From Candidatus Woesearchaeota archaeon (GTDB taxonomy: Archaea; Nanobdellota; Nanobdellia; Pacearchaeales; GW2011-AR1): 25,028 bases of DNA. Shown piece by piece: positions 1 through 8,683 of this stretch; the first letter of the stretch is position 1; every line of letters starts with the position of its first letter. Location of the stretch: positions 1 through 25,028 of the forward strand of contig CAYIDE010000001.1 of NCBI GenBank assembly GCA_964362065.1, written 5' to 3'. A program made the position numbers and the translations under genes. The notes beneath the pieces were generated by a model that worked only from the letters and a program-made list of their open reading frames with translations, did no database searches and was not told the DNA's origin.

Positions 1-1
1 A

Positions 2-553
2 GGACTCCCCGGAACTGGTAAAACTACTATTGCTAATATTTTAAAGCAAAATCTCTATAATTATGAGATTATCTCGCAAAATGCAATCAGGAGAGAGTAT
101 GGACTAAAAAAGATGCCTTTGAGGCAAGAAGAAGTATTGAGAAAGATAGATAGAAAAACAGCTGAATTATTAAATTCAGGCAAAGGAGTAATATTTGACA
201 GTGTTAATAGATACCTATTTAGAAGACATCAAATGTATGGTATAGCTTCATGCTGTGGAAAGAAAGTATTAACTCTTGAAGTAATTTGCAGAGAAGACGA
301 AGCAAAGGCGAGAATGAGGAGGAGACCAAAGGGAGATGGTTTAATTTCAGATCCTTATAATCCTAGAGTGTATGATAAAATGGCAGAGAGCTGGGAAAAT
401 ATAAATCTTGATTTTGAACATCCTGGAGAGGATCATGTTTCTTATGTACAGATAGATACACTTGAAAAATTCTGTTTTCCAAAGATAATAGGAAAGGGGA
501 TGAAAAAAGATATAGAAAAGATAGGGAGGATATTAATAAATAATAAAATATAA
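2..553 (+). CDS. P-loop (AAA_33-like) small-molecule/nucleotide kinase, 5'-truncated by the window edge
   Basis: The frame of the 113..553 ORF is open back to base 2 and reads GLPGTGKTTIANILKQ (Walker A GxxGxGKT). Later VIFDSVN resembles the Walker B-like strand of NMP-type kinases. The listed ATG at 113 is internal. Confidence 0.8.
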   Translation, partial: GLPGTGKTTIANILKQNLYNYEIISQNAIRREYGLKKMPLRQEEVLRKIDRKTAELLNSGKGVIFDSVNRYLFRRHQMYGIASCCGKKVLTLEVICREDEAKARMRRRPKGDGLISDPYNPRVYDKMAESWENINLDFEHPGEDHVSYVQIDTLEKFCFPKIIGKGMKKDIEKIGRILINNKI

Positions 554-560
554 TAATAAA

Positions 561-1226
561 ATGTTAAAAAATATTAAAGCTATTGGATTTGATTTGGATC
601 AAACCTTATACCCTCCTAATTCAGAAATAGATGATTTAATTAGGAACGAAATAGCTAGGAGGATATTAGAAAGAAAGCCTGAACTTGGGGATATTAAAAC
701 CACGCGTTTGGTTTATGAGCAAAAACATAAAACGACTGGAAGTTGGGTAGGAATTTTGAAGGAAGAGGGATTTGAAAAACCCGATGAATTATTGAATGAA
801 TGGTTCTCCTTTGTTAATCCAGGAATAGTATATTTAATACCTAAAGATGAAGTATTAAGGGATATTATGAGCTTTCTCAAAAAAAAATATTCCTTATTTT
901 TAATAACTAATACTCCTGAAGATCTATCTATTCCAAGACTCAATAAGATCGGACTTGAGAAAACATTGTTTGATTATGCTCTTTTTGGAAGTGATCCTGA
1001 TTTTGGTTCAAAAGCAAAAGGCACTCCTTTCAAAAACCTATTGAATAAATCTCCTTATAAACCTGATGAGCATGTTTATGTGGGAGACAGCTTAAAGGCA
1101 GATATTCTTCCTGCAAAAAGCTATGGAATGAAAACTATCTCTGTTGGGAGTTATATACAGGAAGCAGATTTTTCAATTCAAAGTATTAAGGACATTACTT
1201 GTTTATTCGAAGAACATGGGGAATAA
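561..1226 (+). CDS. HAD-superfamily hydrolase/phosphatase (subfamily IA)
   Basis: Motif I GFDLDQTLY (DxD), motif II LITNT, motif IV YVGDSLKADI (GDxxxxD). Confidence 0.9.
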   Translation: MLKNIKAIGFDLDQTLYPPNSEIDDLIRNEIARRILERKPELGDIKTTRLVYEQKHKTTGSWVGILKEEGFEKPDELLNEWFSFVNPGIVYLIPKDEVLRDIMSFLKKKYSLFLITNTPEDLSIPRLNKIGLEKTLFDYALFGSDPDFGSKAKGTPFKNLLNKSPYKPDEHVYVGDSLKADILPAKSYGMKTISVGSYIQEADFSIQSIKDITCLFEEHGE

Positions 1227-1298
1227 ATGCTTAGCCTAAGGGATAAAAAAATGATAACATAAATACTTTTAAATTAAGCCAATGCTTAAACTTCAAAC

Positions 1299-1826
1299 AT
1301 GAAAATACTTGACTTAGGATGCGGGAATAGAAAATACGGGCTTGAAAACAATGAAGTGATAGGAATAGACAATGTTAAATTGAAGGGTGTTGACATAGTT
1401 CATGATTTAAATAAATTTCCTTATCCTATAAAAAATAATGAATTTGACTTGATTTATACAAGCCATACACTGGAGCACCTAGATAATTTAGATAAAGTTT
1501 TTAATGAATTGATAAGAATTCTGAAAAATAATGGAAGGATAATAATCAGAGTGCCTCACTTTAGTTGTGGAGTTTCTTATAGAGATCCAACACATAAAAG
1601 ATTATTCAGCTATTTCACATTTGATTATTTTACTGATGAGTGCTATTATACAAAATCAAGATTTAAAATAGTTAATAGAAAATTGAACTTTACAAGGCTA
1701 AGCTTTACCTTTTTAAATTTCTTTATTAACCCAATAATTAATATCTCTCCATTAATATATGAACGATTTTTTTGCTGGATGCTTCCTTGCGCAGAGGTAT
1801 TAGCAGAATTAGAAGTAAATAAATAA
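1299..1826 (+). CDS. Class I SAM-dependent methyltransferase (Methyltransf_11-like, glycan-cluster type)
   Basis: N-terminal ILDLGCG SAM-binding motif, FDLIYTSHTLEHL, and RILKNNG post-motif. Confidence 0.88.
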   Translation: MKILDLGCGNRKYGLENNEVIGIDNVKLKGVDIVHDLNKFPYPIKNNEFDLIYTSHTLEHLDNLDKVFNELIRILKNNGRIIIRVPHFSCGVSYRDPTHKRLFSYFTFDYFTDECYYTKSRFKIVNRKLNFTRLSFTFLNFFINPIINISPLIYERFFCWMLPCAEVLAELEVNK

Positions 1827-1863
1827 TATAAATGCTTTTAAAGCCTTCTTTATCTATCAAATT

Positions 1864-2601
1864 ATGTATAGTGATCTTGAGAAAAAAGCAAAAGAAATAA
1901 GAAGAGGAGTATTGGATATTACTTATAGCGAGAGGGAAGGGCACATTGGGGGGTCTTATTCAATTATAGAAACCTTAGTTGCTTTATACTATAATGTAAT
2001 GGAAAAGGAAGATAGATTCATATTGAGCAAGGGGCATGCTTGGCTGCCGCAATATTGCATACTTAAAGATAAGGGTTTTAATCCTCCATTATACGGCCAT
2101 CCTGAATTAGACATAGAAAATGGAGTTTATTGTACAACTGGAAGCCTAGGACATGGTTTTCCCTCTGGTCTGGGAAGGGCATTAGCAAAAAAAGTTAAGA
2201 AAGAAAAAGGAGACATTTATGTTTTGATTAGTGATGCTGAATGCCAGGAAGGAACAACTTGGGAATCTGCTTTAGTTGGAGCACATCACAAATTAGATAA
2301 TTTTGTTTTAATTGTGGATAACAATAAGCTGCAGATATTGGGCAAAACAGATGATATACTTAGAGTAGAAGATTTAGAAAAGAAATTTAAAGCGTTTGAA
2401 TGGGAAGCTTCTAGAATAAATGGACACTCTTTTGAACAACTTATTTATTATCTAAAAGAAAGAAAAACTGATAAGCCGAGAGTAATAATCGCTGATACTA
2501 TTAAAGGCAAAGGAGTTAGTTACATGGAGAATACAACTAAGTGGCATAAAAAAATACCTAATGAAGAAGAGCTTAAGCAAGCTTATAAGGAGTTAGAATG
2601 A
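1864..2601 (+). CDS. Transketolase-like ThDP-binding (N-terminal) subunit
   Basis: GHIGGSYS, DRFILSKGHA, GHP, TGSLGHG and ThDP motif SDAECQEG...DNN. Confidence 0.92.
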   Translation: MYSDLEKKAKEIRRGVLDITYSEREGHIGGSYSIIETLVALYYNVMEKEDRFILSKGHAWLPQYCILKDKGFNPPLYGHPELDIENGVYCTTGSLGHGFPSGLGRALAKKVKKEKGDIYVLISDAECQEGTTWESALVGAHHKLDNFVLIVDNNKLQILGKTDDILRVEDLEKKFKAFEWEASRINGHSFEQLIYYLKERKTDKPRVIIADTIKGKGVSYMENTTKWHKKIPNEEELKQAYKELE

Positions 2602-3071
2602 GAAAAATAATGAAAGATACATTGATTGAACTTGCAACTAAAGACCCTAAAATAGTTTTTTTGACAGGAGATTTAGGAGTGGAATACAATGATTATAGGA
2701 AAATTTTTCCAGATAGATATTTTAATTTTGGTGTATGCGAGCAGAGTATGATAAGCCTTTCTTCAGGAATGGCTTTAGAAGGATTTAGGCCATATGTCTA
2801 CAGCATTACTCCTTTCCTTCTAGAAAGACCATTTGAGCAGATAAAAGTTGATTTAGATTTCCAGAAAGTTAATGTTAAGCTAATTGGATTTGCAGATTAT
2901 CATGGAATGGGGCCGACACATGCTGAATTAGATTGGAGAACTATTGGAAAAGTTTTCAAGAATACTCAATTTTATTTTCCGTCCAGTGCCTATGAGGTTA
3001 GAAAAGCAATGTATGATTCATATGAATATCACGGCCCTGCAATAATCAGCCTAAAGAAAATAAAATCCTAA
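2598..3071 (+). CDS. Transketolase-like pyrimidine-binding subunit (no C-terminal domain)
   Basis: LTGDLG, FPDRYFNFGVCEQSMI, GMALEG, FLLERPFEQIK, GPTH. Overlaps the upstream stop by 4 nt (ATGA-type coupling). Only 157 aa. Confidence 0.9.
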   Translation: MRKIMKDTLIELATKDPKIVFLTGDLGVEYNDYRKIFPDRYFNFGVCEQSMISLSSGMALEGFRPYVYSITPFLLERPFEQIKVDLDFQKVNVKLIGFADYHGMGPTHAELDWRTIGKVFKNTQFYFPSSAYEVRKAMYDSYEYHGPAIISLKKIKS

Positions 3072-3151
3072 TCTTTTCAAATAAAAATGCTTCTGCAATG
3101 AATATACTCCTTTACCAATTTATTTATAAATAGGTTTTTTAGATAAATTAT

Positions 3152-4114
3152 GTGAAAAATAAAAAAGAAAGTGTGCTGATTACAGGAGGAGCAGGTTATT
3201 TAGGGAGTATTCTTACTAGCCACTTGCTGAATAAAGGATATAGAGTTACTTGTCTTGATAATCTTATGTATAGACAGGATTCTCCTTTTTTTTTCTCGCA
3301 TAATGAAAATTATTCATTTTCATACGGTGATGTGAGGGAAAAAGTTAAAGTTAAGGAACTTGTTGCAAATAATGATATTATTTTACCATTAGCAGCGATC
3401 GTCGGAGCTCCTGCATGCAAGGAATGTCCACAGGAAGTTGTTTCAACGAACTATGAAGCAGTTAAAATGATAAATAAACTGCGCTCAAAAGACCAGATTT
3501 TGATATTTCCAACTACAAATAGCGGATATGGAACTACAACAGGGGATGAATTCTGCACAGAAGAAACTCCACTTATACCTGTTTCTTTGTATGGCAGAAC
3601 CAAGGCAGATGCAGAAAAATGCATTCTTGATTCAAATAAAGGAGGCATTACTTTTAGACTTGCAACGATATTTGGAACATCCCCTAGAATGAGGGCGGAT
3701 TTGCTTGTCAATGATTTTGTCTACAAGGCAGTCAGCGATGGGTATCTTGTTATTTTTCAAGGGCATTTCAAAAGGAACTATCTGCATATTAGAGATATGG
3801 CAAGAGCATTCCAGTACAGTATAGAAAATTATAGCTCTATGAAGAATGAAATTTATAACATAGGATTAGACAGCGCAAATATGTCTAAATTAGAGCTTGC
3901 AGAAAGAATAAAAAGATTTGTTCCTAATTTTAATATTATTCCCAGTGAAATAGGGGAAGACCCCGATAAGAGAAATTATATTGTTTCAAGTGCTAAAATT
4001 TTAAAACATGGATTTAAGCCAATACATTCTTTGGATGAAGGCATTCAAGAATTAATAAGAGGGTATAATGTAATATTGCATAACAACCCTCTTAGAAATG
4101 CAAGACAGCTTTAA
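3152..4114 (+). CDS. NAD-dependent epimerase/dehydratase (extended SDR), copy 1
   Basis: GTG start. ITGGAGYLGS (GxxGxxG) and catalytic YGRTK (YxxxK). Its stop abuts the convergent flippase stop (TAATTA) with no intergenic base. Confidence 0.92.
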   Translation: MKNKKESVLITGGAGYLGSILTSHLLNKGYRVTCLDNLMYRQDSPFFFSHNENYSFSYGDVREKVKVKELVANNDIILPLAAIVGAPACKECPQEVVSTNYEAVKMINKLRSKDQILIFPTTNSGYGTTTGDEFCTEETPLIPVSLYGRTKADAEKCILDSNKGGITFRLATIFGTSPRMRADLLVNDFVYKAVSDGYLVIFQGHFKRNYLHIRDMARAFQYSIENYSSMKNEIYNIGLDSANMSKLELAERIKRFVPNFNIIPSEIGEDPDKRNYIVSSAKILKHGFKPIHSLDEGIQELIRGYNVILHNNPLRNARQL

Positions 4115-5689
4115 TTATATATTTTCGCTTGATTTAAGAAAGCGAGAATTATTTCTTCTCCAAGAATACAATTTTGTTTTAAAGGCACGCAATATCGCTA
4201 AGTCATTATTATCAAGACAGCGGGTAACCCAGATAAGAAAGAGATAGAGAGCTATAAAAATAACACAAGATACCCCGAGAGTAAATTGATTAATTGGGAA
4301 AATAGACCTTATAAGTATAAGAAGCATTGCCGGAATTAAAGAAATTAATGCTATCCCTCCCATTTTTCTTCGAAGAGGAATAAAACCTAAATAATGCTTT
4401 ACCTCAATGAAAAGGAGGATGCATAATCCAGATATGCTAAATGCAGTAGCAATTGCAATACCTTGCAGACCATAAGATTTGATAAGAATTACATTAAGAA
4501 TCAAATTCACTAAAGTCATAGCAACAATATTGAGCAATAATAGTTTAGATTTTCCTATCATAGAAAGAAGATGACTTAGGAGCATTGTAGGAGAAGCAAT
4601 AAATACTCCAATAGCAAGAATTCTAAGAACGTTTTCTATACCAAAGTATACTTTACCAAAGAGCAGATTGATAATAACTCCTGGAAAGAGCATAAGGATA
4701 AGAAAAAAAGGCACATTAATTATGAAGATCCATTTTACTACTTGCTGGCTCATTTCTTTGATAAGTGTAATATTTTTCTTTGCATATTCTTTTACAATAA
4801 GAGGGAAAAATAATTGACTAAAAAATTGATTTGCTATGCTGAAAAGACCTACAATAGTAAACGCTGCATTATAAAGTCCAATAGCAGTGGCATCTTTAAA
4901 GTATCCTATTACAAAGGAATCTGTCCAATTAAAAAGCGAATAAATCGCACCCAAGAAAATAATTGGCCAAGAAAATTTAAATACCTCTTTCAATATAGTA
5001 ATTTTCACTCTCTTTCTTAGGAAATAGTTTTCATATAGAGTAGGAAGAATGTTCTTCGATATAATATAAGAAAAAATGCACATACCAATAATACCCGCAG
5101 CATAAGATAACATCACTGCATTGCTTTTTAGCCCAAATAAGATGAATAGAATAAGAAATAAAACCTTTACTGAATTTTGTAAGATATTGTTAAGAAAAGA
5201 GGACCATCCTATTTTTTCATAAGCTTGCAACATAAAAATATATACCCCAGAAAGAAGAGAGAGAGGCACAAGAAAACTGAAGACTTTAAGAAAAGGAATA
5301 AGCTCCGTATTATGGAAAATTTGTACTGAAATTATATTTGCCAGTGAGAAAAGTAGAACTCCAAAAACTATTCCAGCAATACTCTGTATGATAAGAGTTA
5401 TATGGAAAAGATACCGAATTTTGTTTACTTCATTTTTTCCTCTATAAAATGAAATATACCTCACAAGGCCTTCTTGCAGCCCTAAAGAACCCATCATCAT
5501 GAAAAGACTAAAAATAATAAGAGCTAGTGAGAATAAACCATAAATTTCAGGACCTAGAAACCTTGCTATGATTATGCGGTAGATGTATGTAAGTACTTTA
5601 GATGCAAGCAACCCTATGAAGACAACTACAGAAGAAGCAAGAATTAGCTTCAACGATGCATGCAATTTCTCTGATTTTTCTATTTTCAT
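4115..5689 (-). CDS. Wzx/MurJ-like polysaccharide flippase (MOP superfamily)
   Basis: Many hydrophobic segments, IIARFLGPEIYGLF, GLQEGLVRYIS, DSFVIGYF, AIGLYNAA, LIKSYGLQGIAIAT. Confidence 0.9.
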   Translation of the reverse strand: MKIEKSEKLHASLKLILASSVVVFIGLLASKVLTYIYRIIIARFLGPEIYGLFSLALIIFSLFMMMGSLGLQEGLVRYISFYRGKNEVNKIRYLFHITLIIQSIAGIVFGVLLFSLANIISVQIFHNTELIPFLKVFSFLVPLSLLSGVYIFMLQAYEKIGWSSFLNNILQNSVKVLFLILFILFGLKSNAVMLSYAAGIIGMCIFSYIISKNILPTLYENYFLRKRVKITILKEVFKFSWPIIFLGAIYSLFNWTDSFVIGYFKDATAIGLYNAAFTIVGLFSIANQFFSQLFFPLIVKEYAKKNITLIKEMSQQVVKWIFIINVPFFLILMLFPGVIINLLFGKVYFGIENVLRILAIGVFIASPTMLLSHLLSMIGKSKLLLLNIVAMTLVNLILNVILIKSYGLQGIAIATAFSISGLCILLFIEVKHYLGFIPLRRKMGGIALISLIPAMLLILIRSIFPINQFTLGVSCVIFIALYLFLIWVTRCLDNNDLAILRAFKTKLYSWRRNNSRFLKSSENI

Positions 5690-5728
5690 TTTTTACTAAT
5701 GCTTAATAGTACCTAAAAAGAAGAAAGG

Positions 5729-5736
5729 TTTAAATA
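5729..5736. promoter_or_regulatory. TATA box (TTTAAATA) in the divergent flippase / surface-protein intergenic region, possibly shared
   Basis: Palindromic TTTAAA core 5729-5734 lies 40 nt from the flippase start (5689, -) and about 45 nt from the surface-protein ATG (5781, +). Confidence 0.5.
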
Positions 5737-5774
5737 CCTATATCTCTTACAGATAAAAGTCTGATAGTAAGAGT

Positions 5775-8570
5775 GTGATAATGATAGATAGTAAACAAAA
5801 AAAGATAATTTTAGTTCTCTGTATTTCTATAGTAAGTATTATCTTCTTCTTGGTAAATATGACAGAGGCAACAACTGATATAATATCTCCTGCAAACAGC
5901 ACAAATTATTCAACTACTGCCTTCTTTAATGTTAGTTATGTTAATGCCACCGATGTAACAAATATCACACGTGCTTGGATATTTTACAATTCAAGCGGTT
6001 GGGCGCTTTTAGGAAATTTTACATGTTCTGCTGAAAATCAATCTGCATGCTGGGGAAATATTTCTCTCCCAAAAAGCGTTGATGGTTTATGGAACATTAA
6101 TGCGACACTTTCAAATTCTTCAACTAACTTCAGCGCTTTCTATAATTTAACTTATTTAGTTAGATTTGATTCATCACCTCCAGCTGTAGATGGATTAAAT
6201 TTTTCAGGTCTCTTATCAAATCATAACAAATCCGGTATTTCTCTCAATCTTAATATAACAATTTATGACCTTGGTGTAGGTGTTGATACTGTATACTTTA
6301 ATGTCACCAACAGCTCTGGAGGTCAAAATGGCACTTTCACTTCTAGCAATGCGGGAGGCAGTTCATGGAATGCAACCGTCAATACACAAGCTTACGTAGA
6401 TGATTATTACAATATAACTGTATATGCCAATGACACTAAATTAAACAACCTTAACAGCACAGGCAGAGTCTTCAATATCAGATTTGACAACACAGTTCCA
6501 AGAGCATCAATATCTAACTTCTCAGTAAATCATACTGATCAAAACCGCTCAGGAACAATCAATCTAAACATCTCTGTTACTGATATCACATCAAGTGTAG
6601 GTTCTGTAATATTCAACATAACTAATAGTTCTGGGGGGCAGAACGGGACATATACTGCTACCAATAATGCAGGAGATAATTGGAATTTTTCCCTTAATAC
6701 GACAATCTATGCAACAGGTATATATAATATAACTGCCTTTGTTAATGATACTGCTGGCAATCTGAATAGCACTGCCAGGTTGTATAGTGTTATATTTGAT
6801 AATACTCCTCCTTCTGTCTCGGAATCTAACTTCTCTGTACTCTCTTCAGGCAGTAATCGTTCAGGACAATCATTAGTTTTGAACGTCTCAATTTTTGATT
6901 TTACAGTAATTGGCTCTGTTATATTTAATGTTACAAACAGCTCTGGGGGGCAGAATGGAACATTTACAGCAACAAATGCTGGCGGAGGAGCATGGAATGC
7001 AACTCTCAATACAACACATTATATAGATGGTTATTATAATATAACTGTATTCTCAAATGATACTCTTGGCAACTCGAATAACACTGGCAGGTTATTTAAT
7101 GTTAGATTTGACAACACAGTCCCAATAGCAGCAAACGCTAACTTTTCTGTAAATCTCTCTGACCAAAACCGTTCTGGAACAGCATTAGTTGTAAATATCT
7201 CTCTGGTTGATATTACTTCAAGCATTGCCACTGTCATATTCAATGTCACAAACAGCACAGGAGGCCAGAACGGCACCTTCACTGGAACAAATGCAGGAGG
7301 CGGTGCATGGAATGTCTCTATTAACACTCAAGCATATATAGACGGTGTCTTTAACATTACTGCCTTTGTTAATGACACTGCAGGAAATAGCAACAATACA
7401 GCAAGACTCTTCAATATTCGTTTTGACAACACTGTCCCAAGAGTAGCAGAAGCAAACTTCTCTTCTCCGACATCAAATCAAAACAAATCAGGCACATCTT
7501 TCAATCTTAATATCTCTGTAACTGACATCACTTCTGGAATAGGTAGTGTCATTTTCAATGTCACCAACAGATCTGGAGGCCAGAATGGTACATTTAAAGC
7601 ATCTAATCCTAGTGGCGATTACTGGAATGCCACACTTAGCACAAAGGATTATATTGATGGTATCTATAATATAACTGCATTTGTTAATGACACTGCAGGA
7701 AATCTCAATAGCACAGGAAGAGCCTTCACTCTTAGATTTGACAACACAGTGCCATCTATTACTTACCCATGCACTCCTAATCCAGTCAATAGAGATGAGG
7801 TAATAACTTGCTCATGTTCTGCTACTGATACAACTGCAGGAGTCAATGGTACTCCTTCTTCTACTCTTAATCCCTCAACTGCTTTAACAGGAGCTTTCAG
7901 TGTAAGCTGTTCTGCATCTGATCTTGCTGGAAATTTGCAAAGTGTTAGTACATCATATACTGTAGTTACTCCAGGTGGAGGAGGCGGAGGTGGCGGTGGA
8001 GGAGGCGGAGGCAGTGCCTCATCAGATGAAATAAAATGGAAAGCTACATATCCTGCTTCAACAGGACAATTTACTTCTTCCGAAGGATATACACGAGAAA
8101 TAGTTGAAAAAGAAAGAATCAGCGTACCTGTATCAGTTACTAGTACAGGAGGAACAACAAGCACTGAAACCCACCATGTAGGAGTTGTCAGCGTAGATAG
8201 CCAAAAAAATGAAGTTACGATAGATGTTTCATCTACCCCTCAGCGAGTAACTCTACGTGCTAACGAAACAAAGAAATTTGAGGTTACAGATGACAATTAT
8301 TATGATCTTAAAGTAAAAGTAGGAAGTATTCTCAAAAATAATAAGGTATCCATTAATCTCCTCGCTATTCATGAGCTTGTACCAGCACCTCCAGCGTTAT
8401 CGCCTCCTGCAACAGAAGAACCACAGGAAGTTACTCCGTCAGCAGAGCCTCCACAAGAACAGACTAAGCCACGAAGCAAAGGTTTTCTCATATGGATAAT
8501 TATAGGCTTGCTCGCAGTAGCAGTAATTATCATCACAGTGAGAATGAGAATGAGTAAAAACAAGTATTAA
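5775..8570 (+). CDS. Secreted, C-terminally anchored cell-surface glycoprotein with five Ig-like beta-rich repeats (S-layer/adhesin-like)
   Basis: N-terminal signal/TM (KKIILVLCISIVSIIFFLV; ATG at 5781 is an alternative start), five ~105-aa repeats, a 4-Cys module, Gly13 linker, a ~115-aa beta domain, Pro/Glu linker, TM helix (8481-8540) and basic tail RMRMSKNKY. About 70 N-x-S/T sequons by hand count. Confidence 0.85.
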   Translation: MIMIDSKQKKIILVLCISIVSIIFFLVNMTEATTDIISPANSTNYSTTAFFNVSYVNATDVTNITRAWIFYNSSGWALLGNFTCSAENQSACWGNISLPKSVDGLWNINATLSNSSTNFSAFYNLTYLVRFDSSPPAVDGLNFSGLLSNHNKSGISLNLNITIYDLGVGVDTVYFNVTNSSGGQNGTFTSSNAGGSSWNATVNTQAYVDDYYNITVYANDTKLNNLNSTGRVFNIRFDNTVPRASISNFSVNHTDQNRSGTINLNISVTDITSSVGSVIFNITNSSGGQNGTYTATNNAGDNWNFSLNTTIYATGIYNITAFVNDTAGNLNSTARLYSVIFDNTPPSVSESNFSVLSSGSNRSGQSLVLNVSIFDFTVIGSVIFNVTNSSGGQNGTFTATNAGGGAWNATLNTTHYIDGYYNITVFSNDTLGNSNNTGRLFNVRFDNTVPIAANANFSVNLSDQNRSGTALVVNISLVDITSSIATVIFNVTNSTGGQNGTFTGTNAGGGAWNVSINTQAYIDGVFNITAFVNDTAGNSNNTARLFNIRFDNTVPRVAEANFSSPTSNQNKSGTSFNLNISVTDITSGIGSVIFNVTNRSGGQNGTFKASNPSGDYWNATLSTKDYIDGIYNITAFVNDTAGNLNSTGRAFTLRFDNTVPSITYPCTPNPVNRDEVITCSCSATDTTAGVNGTPSSTLNPSTALTGAFSVSCSASDLAGNLQSVSTSYTVVTPGGGGGGGGGGGGGSASSDEIKWKATYPASTGQFTSSEGYTREIVEKERISVPVSVTSTGGTTSTETHHVGVVSVDSQKNEVTIDVSSTPQRVTLRANETKKFEVTDDNYYDLKVKVGSILKNNKVSINLLAIHELVPAPPALSPPATEEPQEVTPSAEPPQEQTKPRSKGFLIWIIIGLLAVAVIIITVRMRMSKNKY
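6162..7733 (+). repeat. Five tandem intragenic repeats of 312-318 nt (104-106 aa)
   Basis: Units start at 6162, 6480, 6792, 7104 and 7419, with a partial sixth at 7734. Each has (R/I)FDxxxP...NFS...N(R/K)SG...FN(V/I)TNxxGGQNGT...WN...NIT...NDT. Confidence 0.95.
7974..8012 (+). repeat. Poly-glycine linker (13 GGN codons)
   Basis: ggt gga gga ggc gga ggt ggc ggt gga gga ggc gga ggc. The mixed third positions indicate selection at the protein level rather than a slippage tract. Confidence 0.95.
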
Positions 8571-8683
8571 AAGAAGTCTTATCTTTTTATATCTATAAAA
8601 ATATATTTGAAATAATTGATTATAACCCATTATCTAACTTAAGTATAGAAATACATTTAAAGGCAATCTTTTCTTTAAGTACA

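Noticed and set aside
3286-3294. T9 tract in SDR copy 1 (also A9 at 879-887) as phase-variation switches
   Set aside because: Both genes are in frame, and such runs are expected in AT-rich DNA encoding Phe/Lys runs.
6162-7733. Periodic repeats considered as a CRISPR array or mobile element
   Set aside because: The period is 312-318 nt, the units are in frame and diverged at synonymous sites, so these are protein domain repeats. No short repeat-spacer array was seen in the window.
8584-8601. Inverted repeat TTTTTATA-TC-TATAAAAA after the surface-protein gene
   Set aside because: A/T-only 8-bp arms are likely by chance; at most part of a terminator.
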